A stretch of 43,815 nt of DNA from Bradymonadia bacterium (GTDB lineage: Bacteria > Myxococcota_A > Bradymonadia > UBA7976 > UBA1532): assembly GCA_046290225.1 (NCBI GenBank), contig JBKAGE010000013.1, forward strand, positions 1 to 43,815. The letters run 5' to 3'. The position numbers and the translations under genes were made by a program. The notes below the pieces were generated by a model that did not search any database, was not told where the DNA came from, and saw nothing but the letters and a program-made list of their open reading frames with translations. Every line of letters begins with the position of its first letter. Position 1 is the first letter of the stretch. Below are positions 1 to 9,580 of the stretch, in pieces.

Positions 1-1
1 C

Positions 2-115
2 AACAGTGGCGCCCCCAACACCCCCCGCAACATCGGCAACCGTCACGGCCAGGTCACCATCGGTGACGGCGTCGACATTGACGAGGATGTCGCTGACTTC
101 GCCAACATCCAGTAA
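2..115 (+). CDS. 3' end of a gene truncated by the window edge (...NSGAPNTPRNIGNRHGQVTIGDGVDIDEDVADFANIQ*)
   Basis: Open frame from base 2 to TAA at 113-115 with GC3-rich codons, followed by a strong hairpin. Confidence 0.6.
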   Translation, partial: NSGAPNTPRNIGNRHGQVTIGDGVDIDEDVADFANIQ

Positions 116-140
116 GTCACGCATCTACCCCCTGCCAGAC

Positions 141-175
141 TGCCTGAGTTGAGCCAGATCTGCTCAACTCAGGCA
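141..175 (+). terminator. Perfect 14-bp inverted repeat (TGCCTGAGTTGAGC-cagatct-GCTCAACTCAGGCA), likely terminator or 3' stabilising hairpin
   Basis: Directly visible palindrome starting 25 nt after the stop codon, followed by a pyrimidine-rich tail. Confidence 0.55.
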
Positions 176-399
176 CCCTCTCTTTCATTGCCTTCCAAGA
201 GTCGCCTGACGGATTCGAGCCTACGTGTTCTTCGTCGGTGAGCGCCCATGATCTTGCTTGAGGTCAGGTGGGTGCGACATGTCGTTTTTTTGAATACCTG
301 ATTGACCCGCGCTACATATATGTGTATCGCCCGCCGGGCATTTTTCGAGACCCTCGGACTGTTCGAGGTAGGTCGAGGCTGTTTGCCAAGGAGGTTGGC

Positions 400-1539
400 A
401 TGAGGATGCACTCTGCGATGACGGTGATGATGTCCCTCTTGGGGGCCACCATCGCTCAGGGGAAGACCACACCCATCGAGATCGACACGATTCGAGCGCC
501 GAACCCTCCACACTGCATGTCCGAGCAGCAGTGGTCTGATCCAGATGCTGATGGGCCTTTGAATCTCTTCGATGGTGATCTCGGGAAACCCTGGGTGTTG
601 TGTCAGAAGGCCTCGGACGAGCCCGACTACGCCATTGATGTACGCTTCAAAAAGCCCATCACCATCGATCAGTTGCGCATTCAGCTGGCCTCGAAGGCTC
701 ATCCCATTGACGATCACAGCGTGGCGACTCAAGTCGAGGTGGCCTTTCTACGCTCCGACTTGTCATCGATCCCCATCTTCTTTCGCACGTTGGAGCTGAA
801 CACCGAGCGCAACACCCTCGATCTCAACCTCAAGGGCACGCTGAAGTGGAGCCCCAACCTGATCGATGACCCGGAGTTCGGGGCTCGCCGTCAGGCGAAG
901 GGGTACGATGAGTACGACATCCCCGCGCCCCTCACGGTAGATGGCATGGTGCTCGTCGTGCGCCGTCAGGACCGAAAGGCGCAGCCGCTTCAGATCGCCG
1001 AGATGCAAATGTGGTTCGAGGAAGCCCGCTTGCCGGTGAAGCGTCTGGTCAAGTCCCGCAAGGCACACCGTGGGTTCTTGCAACAGGGCCTGCAGACGGT
1101 GCTTAAGGGCAACTACCTCGTCTCGAAAGAGCAGGTGCTCGGCTTCGCCCCTGATGGCCGCCTCTGGCAAATCGCTCCTCAGGCCTGGAAGGCTGGTGTG
1201 GGTTACCCCCGGCCAGGGCAGAAGCCTTCAGTGCCTGAGCCTGGAGAAGGTGAGCAGGCGCTCCCGCTGCCCAAGCTGCTGGGCCCCTGGCAGATCAAGA
1301 ATGCTCGTCTCGAGGTGTTTCACCGACGCAAGTTCGTGCCGGTGCGATATCTCATCGACGACGCCCCCGCGCTGGTGAAGCTCGAGGGCGGCGCCATTGC
1401 AAGTCGCTTCGAGGTACAGGTGTCTCCGCCCCGTCAGACGGCAGGCAACAAGGCACGGCCGTCTTTGGGGAGTGATCCGCTCGCTGATCCACCCTTGCTC
1501 GATGATCCCGATGACGAGGACATGATCCCCATCCCCTGA
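400..1539 (+). CDS. Secreted hypothetical protein with an N-terminal discoidin/F5-8-like (galactose-binding-like) domain
   Basis: AAGGAGG RBS at 388-394 before ATG 400; signal-peptide-like N-terminus; NLFDGDLGKPW...IDVRFKKPITIDQLRI resembles F5/8-type motifs. Confidence 0.6.
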   Translation: MRMHSAMTVMMSLLGATIAQGKTTPIEIDTIRAPNPPHCMSEQQWSDPDADGPLNLFDGDLGKPWVLCQKASDEPDYAIDVRFKKPITIDQLRIQLASKAHPIDDHSVATQVEVAFLRSDLSSIPIFFRTLELNTERNTLDLNLKGTLKWSPNLIDDPEFGARRQAKGYDEYDIPAPLTVDGMVLVVRRQDRKAQPLQIAEMQMWFEEARLPVKRLVKSRKAHRGFLQQGLQTVLKGNYLVSKEQVLGFAPDGRLWQIAPQAWKAGVGYPRPGQKPSVPEPGEGEQALPLPKLLGPWQIKNARLEVFHRRKFVPVRYLIDDAPALVKLEGGAIASRFEVQVSPPRQTAGNKARPSLGSDPLADPPLLDDPDDEDMIPIP

Positions 1540-1590
1540 TCCCGCCAGGGTGCTCAAGGCCAGGCGGTTGGTCTTACGCTCGCACCAAAA

Positions 1591-1637
1591 ATGAAATTTG
1601 TTTTCATTTGCTGCTTGATTCTGAAAGTCGGTTTCAA
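1591..1637. promoter_or_regulatory. Two tandem Fur-like boxes (TGAAA-N5-TTTCA)
   Basis: ATGAAATTTGTTTTCAT (1591-1607) and CTGAAAGTCGGTTTCAA (1621-1637) in an AT-rich stretch upstream of a DUF4856-type lipoprotein; resemble the deltaproteobacterial Fur consensus WTGAAAATNATTTTCAW. Confidence 0.6.
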
Positions 1638-1676
1638 TTATTCCTTCAGTCCGTCGAGACAAGAAGGAACGAACTG

Positions 1677-3179
1677 ATGATCCGTGAGCTGAAGACCCTT
1701 GCCCTGATCGCCCTCGTGGGCCTCGCTGGTTGTGATGACGATGACAGTGATGGGAACACGGGTGGTGAGGCCGGCGCCGGTGGCATGAGCGGTGGCGCTG
1801 GCGGTGATGTTGGTGGCGCCGGTGGTGAGGCTGGTGCCGGCGGTTCCACCCTTGAGCTGCCCATCGAGGTCCCCGAGACCTACGCATTCCAGAGCCGCTT
1901 TCAGGCCGGTACCAGCGTCGTCTACACGGGCCAGACCGGTCGCCATGTGCTGCTCGATCATCTCAAGGGGTACATCGGTGATCTCACCGACGAGACGTTC
2001 ACCAACCCCGCCGAGGGCGATGTCGTCGCGGCCTTGAACTACTTCTTCGATTTCAAGAACGCTGGCGGCTCCGAAGAGATCGAACTCCAGACCGCCATCG
2101 GCGCGCCCCTCGCTCAGAGCACCTTCGGCGACATCGGCGGCATCGTCAGCCTTGCCGAGAAGATGGCCGAGGTCGACGCCGGCTTCGAAGGCCCCGCCGT
2201 GGGCTACGGCGATGGCACCATGAACCCCACCGAGGCGCTCAACGACATGTTCGTGGGTCTCGAGGCTCTGGTCATCGCCCGGTTCAACGGCATGATCCCG
2301 CAAGATCCGAATGGCCAGGACATCGCTCAGGTCTACGTCTCGGCGGATGGGGTGGACTACCAGCAGCTGATCCAGAAGTACCTGCTCGGCGCCGTGGCGT
2401 TCTCTCAGGGCGCCGACGACTACCTCGACGACGATCTTGAGGGTAAGGGCTTGCTCTCCGACAACACGGCCCCTGTAGAGGGCAAGTCGTACACGGGTCT
2501 CGAGCACGTGTGGGACGAGGGCTTTGGTTACTTTGGCGCGGCTCAGGATTACGGCCTCTACACCGACGAGGAGCTCGCTGCGAAGGGTGGTCGTGACGGC
2601 TGGTCAGGTGGCTACCACGACAGCAACGGCGATGGCGTGATCGACCTGGGCTCGGAGTACAACTTCGGGGCCTCGGCCAACGCCGCCAAGCGCGATCTCG
2701 GTGCTACGGTGGCCACCGACTTCACCCAGGACGCCATCGACGCCTTCCTCATGGGCCGTACGCTCATCGTGAACGCTGATGGCGCCCTGACCACTGAGCA
2801 GCTCGACGAGCTGCGCATGCACCGTGACGTCGCTGTAGGGGCCTGGGAGGCCGCCATCGCCGCCACCGCGGTGCACTACGTGAACGACGTCCTCGGTGAC
2901 ATGGACACCTTCGGCACCGACGACTACAGCTTCGCTGATCACGCCAAGCACTGGTCCGAGCTGAAGGGTTTCGCTCTGAGCCTGCAGTTCAACCCCCGCA
3001 GCCCCATCATTCAGGATCCCGCTGTGTACGCGCGCCTGCATGCTGTGATCGGCAATGCCCCAGTACTGCCCAACGCTGGCGACGAGGCCATCGAGGCCTA
3101 CCGCGGTGCCCTGAACGAGGCCCGGGCGATCCTCGGTGAGAGCTACGGCTTCGACATGGAGAATGTGGCCAACTGGTGA
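1677..3179 (+). CDS. DUF4856-family (imelysin-like, probably iron-related) lipoprotein
   Basis: Lipobox LAGC, Gly-rich linker, motifs HVWDEGFGYFGA and HWSELKGF; AAGGA RBS before ATG 1677. Confidence 0.75.
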   Translation: MIRELKTLALIALVGLAGCDDDDSDGNTGGEAGAGGMSGGAGGDVGGAGGEAGAGGSTLELPIEVPETYAFQSRFQAGTSVVYTGQTGRHVLLDHLKGYIGDLTDETFTNPAEGDVVAALNYFFDFKNAGGSEEIELQTAIGAPLAQSTFGDIGGIVSLAEKMAEVDAGFEGPAVGYGDGTMNPTEALNDMFVGLEALVIARFNGMIPQDPNGQDIAQVYVSADGVDYQQLIQKYLLGAVAFSQGADDYLDDDLEGKGLLSDNTAPVEGKSYTGLEHVWDEGFGYFGAAQDYGLYTDEELAAKGGRDGWSGGYHDSNGDGVIDLGSEYNFGASANAAKRDLGATVATDFTQDAIDAFLMGRTLIVNADGALTTEQLDELRMHRDVAVGAWEAAIAATAVHYVNDVLGDMDTFGTDDYSFADHAKHWSELKGFALSLQFNPRSPIIQDPAVYARLHAVIGNAPVLPNAGDEAIEAYRGALNEARAILGESYGFDMENVANW

Positions 3180-3196
3180 TCACTCACCGGTGAGCG

Positions 3197-4441
3197 TCAA
3201 CCCTGGCTGCGCAGCCAGAGCCACAACCCCCCACCGAGCACCCCCGCCAGAAACAACGCCATCAACAACATGAGCGGCTTCAGGTTGCCCCGAGACTCGG
3301 GGCGACTCACGGGCCCCGTCTCTTCTGCGGGGGCATCAGCCGTGAAGATGTCGGGCACATCTGTCGTTTCAGGCTCAGGCTCGGACTTGGGGATCGCCAC
3401 CGCCACGGGTCGTGGCGTTTGCACTTTGTCTTTCAGAGCCTTCAACGCCTCTTCGGCGCTGGCGAACCGTCCATCGGGCTCGCGGTGCATCATCAGCGAG
3501 ATGAGCCACGCGAGATCGTCGGGGCAGTCGCGGCGTAGCTCTTTCACCGGCGTAGGGATACCCCGCACGTGGTAGTCGAGCATTTCGGCGAGGGTCTTGC
3601 CCATATAGGGGCGGATGCCCGTGGTCAGCTCATAGAGAGTGACCCCGAGGGCGTAGAGGTCGGTCCGAGGCTCGAGCATGCCCTGAAGCACCGTCTCCGG
3701 CGCCATATAGGCAGGGTTGCCCACCACCTGGCCGGTCATGGTGATGGCCGTCGGGTCTTCGTCTTCTCCTGCGAGGTGCTTGGCGAGGCCGAAGCCAGTC
3801 AGGCGCACATGCAGGCGGCCCCCAGCACCTGAAGTGGCCACGAGGGTGTCGGGGTTCACGTCGCGGTGCAGCACACCGGCTTCGTGGGCCGTGACGAGGG
3901 CCTTCAGGGCCTGACCGGCGACGGCGTATACCCGAACCAGGGGTTGGGGTCCTTCGGCCCGTAAACGGTCACCGAGGGAGTCACCCACCATCTCCAACAC
4001 CATGTATGGCGAGCGCTGATCGGTGAAGCCCGAGTCGAAGAGCCGCACGATGTGGTCGTTGCGCAGACGACCCCAAGTGGCCACTTCGCGTTGGAACCGC
4101 GCGTGGTCCGAGGGTCGTACGAGGCTGTCGGCAGGCAGGATCCGCAGCTCGACGTTGCGCTTGAGCTTGAGCTGAGTGGCGCGGAAGGTGCGGCCGGGGC
4201 CCGTGCGGTGGGGGATCTGCTCTCGAAGCTCGTATTTGTCCGTGATGATGCTCCCGGGGCCCAGCGCCTCACGGGTGGCCCCTTCGGAGTCGCCGAGGGC
4301 GTAGAGCAGCGCGTCATCGTTCGGGCACCGGGTGTGGGTGCCCGGCGGAAACACGCTCTGACATTTGGGACAGATGAGCACAGAACGGACCGAAAGCTGC
4401 GAAACTCCGGGAGTATACGGGAGTGCCCGGTGATCAGCCAT
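3197..4441 (-). CDS. Membrane-anchored Ser/Thr protein kinase-like protein (probable pseudokinase)
   Basis: Kinase subdomains HRD, GNPAYMAPE and DLYALG; N-terminal CPKC..CPND knuckle; C-terminal TM helix; catalytic motifs degenerate; start uncertain. Confidence 0.85.
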   Translation of the reverse strand: MADHRALPYTPGVSQLSVRSVLICPKCQSVFPPGTHTRCPNDDALLYALGDSEGATREALGPGSIITDKYELREQIPHRTGPGRTFRATQLKLKRNVELRILPADSLVRPSDHARFQREVATWGRLRNDHIVRLFDSGFTDQRSPYMVLEMVGDSLGDRLRAEGPQPLVRVYAVAGQALKALVTAHEAGVLHRDVNPDTLVATSGAGGRLHVRLTGFGLAKHLAGEDEDPTAITMTGQVVGNPAYMAPETVLQGMLEPRTDLYALGVTLYELTTGIRPYMGKTLAEMLDYHVRGIPTPVKELRRDCPDDLAWLISLMMHREPDGRFASAEEALKALKDKVQTPRPVAVAIPKSEPEPETTDVPDIFTADAPAEETGPVSRPESRGNLKPLMLLMALFLAGVLGGGLWLWLRSQG

Positions 4442-4499
4442 CGACGATCGCGTGGCGGCGGGGTTTTTCGAACCCGAAGTGTGAGCGCGCTGCGTGAGA

Positions 4500-5054
4500 T
4501 CAGCGCGCTCTCAGCTGATCTCGTGCGGCCATGAGCGCAAAGCCCAGCAAGTTCTTCCCACGCCACTGTCGGGGGTTCTCTGCCTTCGGATCATCGCCCT
4601 TGAGCCCAATGCCCCAGATCCGATCCACAGGGCTGGCCTCGACGAGCACACGTTCACCTGTGCTGAGCAAATAGTCTGTGAGTGCGGGATCGCTCGCGAA
4701 CTTGGCGACGTTGCCTTCAGTGACGATCTGCGATTTGTGGGCGTCCCACGTGGCGGGGTTGAAGCCTCGAACCCTGCGGCCGAGCTTCTTCGCCTGGGCA
4801 GGGCTCGAGGCGTCGAGGATCTGCGCCAGCATCTCGTCATCGCCAAAGAGCCGCGCCTTGCCCGCCATCATGAAGTGCTCTGCCGTGGCATATCTCACAC
4901 CCTGGTGGTCGAAGGGTGAGACCCACCACTGACTCAGACAGCTCGCTGTGATGCGCCCATCTTGACTCGGGCGGTGGCCCCAGAAGAACAGCCACTTCAC
5001 CTTCTTGCCCTGGCTCACGTGTTCGATCAGCTCTGCTCGATTACGCAGTGTCAT
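4500..5054 (-). CDS. NADAR (YbiA-like) N-glycosidase family protein
   Basis: Motifs LSQWW, TAEHFMMAGKA, LVEASPVDRIWGIG and GKNLLGFALM; GAGGTG RBS before ATG 5054. Confidence 0.9.
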   Translation of the reverse strand: MTLRNRAELIEHVSQGKKVKWLFFWGHRPSQDGRITASCLSQWWVSPFDHQGVRYATAEHFMMAGKARLFGDDEMLAQILDASSPAQAKKLGRRVRGFNPATWDAHKSQIVTEGNVAKFASDPALTDYLLSTGERVLVEASPVDRIWGIGLKGDDPKAENPRQWRGKNLLGFALMAARDQLRAR

Positions 5055-5068
5055 GTCATCACCTCTTT

Positions 5069-5103
5069 GTGTTTGTTGAACACCGTAAGTGTAGTGAAGA
5101 CAC
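5069..5103. promoter_or_regulatory. Two tandem NrtR-like operators (GTGT-N7-ACAC)
   Basis: GTGT-ttgttga-ACAC (5069-5083) and GTGT-agtgaag-ACAC (5089-5103), 20 bp apart start-to-start, immediately upstream of the NADAR RBS. Confidence 0.5.
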
Positions 5104-5198
5104 ATTTGAGCGCAAGGTAAAATCTGCCTTGTGCTGGCCAGTCGATGAAATTGTTGAGGATTTGTCGAGGTGGAGTCGAGCAGGGCCTGTGCAGACCG

Positions 5199-6191
5199 TC
5201 AGTCGGCGGGGGCGCAGATGGGGCCGTCTTCGCATGTGAAGCGGGCCTCAGCGTCGTTGTTGCAGGCTTCGAGACAGGCGATGTGTGCCCCCTCGACGGC
5301 CTCTCGACAGGCGCCGATGCAGTTGGCCCGGGCGAGCTCAGGTTCGTCGGGGCACTGTGCAAAGCACGGGGCGAAGGTGGCTGTGCGGCTGGTCTCGCAT
5401 CGCCCGCGGCAGTCTGCAGGCACACAGGCGTGGGCCAGATCGCAACCCACGATGCGGGGCTCGATGTTGCAGGGGGGCTCCGGCAGCTCCACCGTGCTCC
5501 GAGGGTTGGGCCCGCAACGGGTGAAGAGCGCGCCTTCTTCCGGCGTGCGCTCGGGGCTGATCTCCTCGCCCTCGTCGATCTCACCGTCACAGTCGTTGTC
5601 GATCAGATCGCACGGTACGCCCGCTGCGCTCGGGGGCAGCCAGCGCTGGCAGATCAGCTCACCCTCGACACAGTCGAAGGCGCCGAAGCCGCACATGCCC
5701 GTGGCGTCACCGATGCCACAGGGTACGCAGATCGACGGGTCGTCTTCGTCGACCTCGCCGTCGCAGTCGTCGTCCTCGCCATTGCAGCGCTCGTCCTGAG
5801 GGAAGCACTCAGGGGGCATGGCGTCGCCCATGGGCATGGCGTCGGGCTCGGCGTCGGGCTCGGGCTGCGCGTCCTCTACCACCCTGGCGTCGGGTACAGG
5901 CTGTGCGTCCTCGACCACCATGGCGTCAGGGCCAGGCTGTGCGTCAGGTTGTGCATCGTTGCTCACGATGGCGTCGTTCACCTCGGCGTCCGCTGGTGGG
6001 CGGGCGTCGGGGAAGTCCACCATCTGGGCATCGTTGGGCACGAAGGCGTCGTCGAGCGTGGACTCGGCGTCGGGCTCGGCGTCAGTCTCGATGGCGGCGT
6101 CATCGGTGACGATGAAGGGGGCAGGATCCTCGAGGACGAGGCTGCACCCACCGAGGGCGATGAGGGTCGAGATGTAGATCAGCGTTTTCAC
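5199..6191 (-). CDS. Cys-rich lipoprotein with myxobacterial MopE-related metal-binding repeats and an Asp/Ala/Pro linker
   Basis: Lipobox LGGC; repeats ERCNGEDDDCDGEVDE and CDLIDNDCDGEIDE; GTG start inferred. Confidence 0.75.
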   Translation of the reverse strand: MKTLIYISTLIALGGCSLVLEDPAPFIVTDDAAIETDAEPDAESTLDDAFVPNDAQMVDFPDARPPADAEVNDAIVSNDAQPDAQPGPDAMVVEDAQPVPDARVVEDAQPEPDAEPDAMPMGDAMPPECFPQDERCNGEDDDCDGEVDEDDPSICVPCGIGDATGMCGFGAFDCVEGELICQRWLPPSAAGVPCDLIDNDCDGEIDEGEEISPERTPEEGALFTRCGPNPRSTVELPEPPCNIEPRIVGCDLAHACVPADCRGRCETSRTATFAPCFAQCPDEPELARANCIGACREAVEGAHIACLEACNNDAEARFTCEDGPICAPAD

Positions 6192-6328
6192 GTGGTGGAT
6201 CCTGATCAGACTCGCCGTCGAAGGCAAGCCTGATCCTTGCTCCTGTACGGGCTTCTGTGGCACCTCGATGGGCAAAGGCGTCGAAAGGCCTTGCCGAACG
6301 ACGCTGTCTGCAGACCCGAGGAGTGCCC

Positions 6329-7252
6329 ATGCAGGCCATGCAAGATCGCGCCGTCGCGCTGTTTCACCGCCTTCAAGACGAGATTTGCGCCGCCCTTGAG
6401 GCTTATGAGCCCGAGGCGCGCTTCCGCGAGGATGCCTGGGTGCGAGAAGGCGGCGGTGGTGGCAAAACCCGCGTGCTCGAGGAGGGCAAACTGCTTGAGA
6501 AGGGTGGCGTGAACACCAGCATCGTGCACGGCAACCTGCCAGAGAAGTTCGCCGCCACGCTCCCTGGCGAGGGCACCGCGTTCTGGGCCTCGGGCATCAG
6601 CCTGGTGCTGCACCCTCAAAACCCCTACGTGCCCACGACCCACGCCAACTTCCGCATGATTGTGCAAGGTGAGGGCGAAGGGCAGAGGGCCTGGTTCGGC
6701 GGCGGGGCCGATCTGACGCCCTACTACCCCTTCGCCGAAGATGCGACGCACTTTCACACGGCCCTCAAGACCGCCTGCGACGCTCACGACCCGACGTACT
6801 ATCCCCGCTTCAAGCAGTGGTGTGACGAGTACTTCTACATCCCCCACCGCAAAGAGTGTCGGGGCGTCGGGGGCATCTTCTACGACCACCTGATGGCCGA
6901 TGAGCACAAGAGCTACGACGATCTTTTCGCTTTCGTGGAAGACGCTGGAGCTTCGTTCCTCAAAGCCTACATGCCCATCGTGGAGCGTCGTCACGAGATG
7001 CCCTTCGGCGAGCGCGAGCGTCGCCACCAGCTGGTGCGTCGGGGGCGCTATGTGGAGTTCAACCTGATGTACGATCGGGGCACGATCTTCGGGCTCAAGA
7101 CGAACGGGCGCATCGAGTCGATCTTGATGTCGCTGCCCCTCAATGTGTCGTGGACCTACGATTATCGCCCGGAGCCCGGGAGCCCTGAGGCGGAGATCTT
7201 CGACTTCATCAAGCCGAGAGACTGGGCCGGCGCTTCAACGGCTGGCGAATAG
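6329..7252 (+). CDS. hemF: Oxygen-dependent coproporphyrinogen III oxidase
   Basis: EKGGVN, HPQNPYVPTTHANFR, WFGGGADLTP and RRGRYVEFNLMYDRGT motifs; GAGGAG RBS. Confidence 0.97.
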   Translation: MQAMQDRAVALFHRLQDEICAALEAYEPEARFREDAWVREGGGGGKTRVLEEGKLLEKGGVNTSIVHGNLPEKFAATLPGEGTAFWASGISLVLHPQNPYVPTTHANFRMIVQGEGEGQRAWFGGGADLTPYYPFAEDATHFHTALKTACDAHDPTYYPRFKQWCDEYFYIPHRKECRGVGGIFYDHLMADEHKSYDDLFAFVEDAGASFLKAYMPIVERRHEMPFGERERRHQLVRRGRYVEFNLMYDRGTIFGLKTNGRIESILMSLPLNVSWTYDYRPEPGSPEAEIFDFIKPRDWAGASTAGE

Positions 7253-8785
7253 GTTCCCCACCCCGAGAATCCCTGCGGGATCCAACACCGCCTTGATCGC
7301 CCGCATCTGCTCGAGCTGATCCTCGGTGAGGGTGGCGGCGAGCAGATCGCGCTTCGACTTGCCGATGCCGTGCTCTCCGCTGATGACTCCGCCTGCTTGA
7401 GCGCAGTGTTGCGCCAGCGCCGCATACATCAACTTGCCTGCTGCGGCCTCTGCCTTGTCGTTGGGCAGCATGTTCACGTGCAGGTGGTTGTCACCGATGT
7501 GGCCGAAGGCTGCGGCGTCGAGTGTTTGGGGCAGCGGTCGGCCCCACTCCGCCTCGAAGGCCTTCGCCGCCTCGGTACCAAGAGTGCCCGGCACATCGGC
7601 GAGGGCGGCGTGATAGTGGGCCACCATGTCTTGGAGCCAGCCTGCGGGGTAGGCGAGATCCGTCCCCAGCTTGCGCAGGCCCCGTTGTCGAGCCAGGGCA
7701 TTGATCGACTCGGGCACCGCGTGGCGAAAATCTCTAAAGGCGTCGAGCTGGGCCTTCGAGGTGGGCATGCGCAGGTAGGCCTCGTCTTCTGGCACTCCGG
7801 CCTCGAGCAGGGCCATGTACCAGGCCTCCATCACGTCGTCGGCCTCTGCCGCGCTGTGTCCCTGCTCAACAAAGAGGGCCGCCACAGCGCCTTCAGGTAC
7901 GGCAAAGCGTGGATGCCGAGCGGCGGCGAGTTCGAGGCTGGCGCGGTCGAACCACTCGACGCTCATGGGCTTCAGCGGGCCGGTGTGGTCGGCTGCGCGG
8001 GTGCCTTGGAGCTGCTCCACGAATGACAGCGCCTTGTCGAGATCGTCCCAGAAGACCAGAGCGGCGAAGACCTCGACCCCAGGGGCGAGGCGCAGGTCGA
8101 CCTCGTGGATGTAGCCGAGGGTGCCTTCGCTGCCGATGAACAGGTCGATCAGATCAGGATCGGGGAACGTGGCGTACCCCAGAGAGTTCTTGATGTCTGC
8201 TCGACGGGGCCCTGGCGCTGGGATCTTCAGGGGACCGGAGGGCAGGTCGAGGTGAAAATGCCCGTTCACGGGTGGGTGCTCTCCGCGGCGCAGCTTCACC
8301 ACGTCGCCGGTGGTGAGGGCCACGGTGAGGCCTTCGACCCAGGCTCCCGTGGGGCCGTGAGCGAAGCTGCGGGCGCCGCTGGCGTTGCAGGCCACGGAGC
8401 CGCCGATGCTGCACGTCTTGCGGCTCGTAGGATCAGGGGGCAAGAACAGCCCCGCGGCCTCGGCGGCGAGCTCCACGTCGGACCACAGCACCTGGGCCGG
8501 AGCCGTGGCCCGGGCGTTGTCGCGGTCCACGGAGACCATCTCGGGCTCTGAAGGCTCTGGCAAGGCGAGCACGAGGCCGCCCTCGGGGATCGCGGCCCCG
8601 GTGAGGCTGGTCCGTCGTGCGCTGAAGGTGATCGGCGTGCCCTCGGCGCTGGCCTGCTTCAGGACCGCCGCCACCTGCTCGGCGCTCTCGACGAAGACCA
8701 CCCCCTCGGCGTGGCCGGTGTACGAAGACTCGTCCACCAGGAACCGCTCAAGGACCTCTCGCTCTCGGATGATGTGCGTACTCAT
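7235..8785 (-). CDS. FAD-binding oxidoreductase (GlcD/D-lactate dehydrogenase-like)
   Basis: PDPTS..CSIGGSVACNASG, FIGSEGTLG, FGHIGDNHLH and SGEHGIG motifs. Confidence 0.9.
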   Translation of the reverse strand: MSTHIIREREVLERFLVDESSYTGHAEGVVFVESAEQVAAVLKQASAEGTPITFSARRTSLTGAAIPEGGLVLALPEPSEPEMVSVDRDNARATAPAQVLWSDVELAAEAAGLFLPPDPTSRKTCSIGGSVACNASGARSFAHGPTGAWVEGLTVALTTGDVVKLRRGEHPPVNGHFHLDLPSGPLKIPAPGPRRADIKNSLGYATFPDPDLIDLFIGSEGTLGYIHEVDLRLAPGVEVFAALVFWDDLDKALSFVEQLQGTRAADHTGPLKPMSVEWFDRASLELAAARHPRFAVPEGAVAALFVEQGHSAAEADDVMEAWYMALLEAGVPEDEAYLRMPTSKAQLDAFRDFRHAVPESINALARQRGLRKLGTDLAYPAGWLQDMVAHYHAALADVPGTLGTEAAKAFEAEWGRPLPQTLDAAAFGHIGDNHLHVNMLPNDKAEAAAGKLMYAALAQHCAQAGGVISGEHGIGKSKRDLLAATLTEDQLEQMRAIKAVLDPAGILGVGNLFASR

Positions 8786-8812
8786 GGGGGGAAGATGGGG
8801 GATGCCCCCAGA

Positions 8813-8865
8813 GAGATTCAAGAGGCCTGTGAGATTCAAGGGGCCTGTGAGATTCGAGGGCGCCT
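8813..8865. repeat. Imperfect 18-bp tandem repeat x3 (GAGATTCAAGRGGCCTGT)
   Basis: Units start at 8813, 8831 and 8849, in the intergenic gap. Confidence 0.8.
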
Positions 8866-8879
8866 GGCTCAGCGCATTC

Positions 8880-9566
8880 TCACTGAGAGGCGCCTTCAGG
8901 TGCAGCCACGCCCTTCTTGAGCAGCCACTCCACCGAGGTGGGCAGGTAGGCACCGTTGGTGCGCTTCAGGTGCACGACCATGATCTCGGGCCCGGTGGCG
9001 ATGGCAAACACCGGCGCGTCGGGGGTGCGATCGATGGCGTAGAAGGCCGGCGGCGCGAGGTTGTCGATCATGGCCCGTCGACCCATGCCCGCGGGGCCCA
9101 GGAAGCGGAGGTGCACCTGGGTGCGGGTCATCTGGGCTACCCGAGTGGCGTCCCAGGCCAGCAACATGAATTGCTCCATGCCCGGGAAGAACTGCTCCAG
9201 CTTCTCCGGAGTGAACATCTCGTTGACGATCTTCAGTTCCTCGGCCCGGTACTGGTCGTACTGGGCGCGATCCAGCTTGAGATCGGGCACCTGAGTCAGG
9301 CGCCAGTCGCCACGCTTCTTGAGTGTGTCCTTGAGGGGCCCCAGGTGGGTCTTGAGCAGGGGCAGGGCCTGATCGAAGATCTGCTGGGTGTTCCCGTCGG
9401 GGGTCTCTACGGCCCAGAGGGCGTTTTGAATCTCGACGTAGGCCTGGGTCAACTCACCATGACCGGGCCCCATGGGATCAGGGGCGGGGGCAGGCGTCTT
9501 CGAGGTGTTGCAAGCCAGCGGGCTGGCCAGCAGGTAGAGAATCGGCAGGATGCGTGGCAGTTGCAT
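8880..9566 (-). CDS. Hypothetical lipoprotein
   Basis: Signal peptide with lipobox (PLAC), GC3-biased codons. Confidence 0.7.
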   Translation of the reverse strand: MQLPRILPILYLLASPLACNTSKTPAPAPDPMGPGHGELTQAYVEIQNALWAVETPDGNTQQIFDQALPLLKTHLGPLKDTLKKRGDWRLTQVPDLKLDRAQYDQYRAEELKIVNEMFTPEKLEQFFPGMEQFMLLAWDATRVAQMTRTQVHLRFLGPAGMGRRAMIDNLAPPAFYAIDRTPDAPVFAIATGPEIMVVHLKRTNGAYLPTSVEWLLKKGVAAPEGASQ

Positions 9567-9580
9567 GACAGGCTCTCGCG

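Noticed and set aside
4500..5054. DarT1-NADAR toxin-antitoxin defence system
   Set aside because: No ADP-ribosyltransferase toxin gene is adjacent
5820..6100. Repetitive GGCGTCGGGCTC-like DNA
   Set aside because: Explained by the Asp-Ala-x-Pro low-complexity linker of the lipoprotein
8813..8865. Possible mini CRISPR array
   Set aside because: Units are contiguous 18-mers with no spacers, and there are no cas genes in the window
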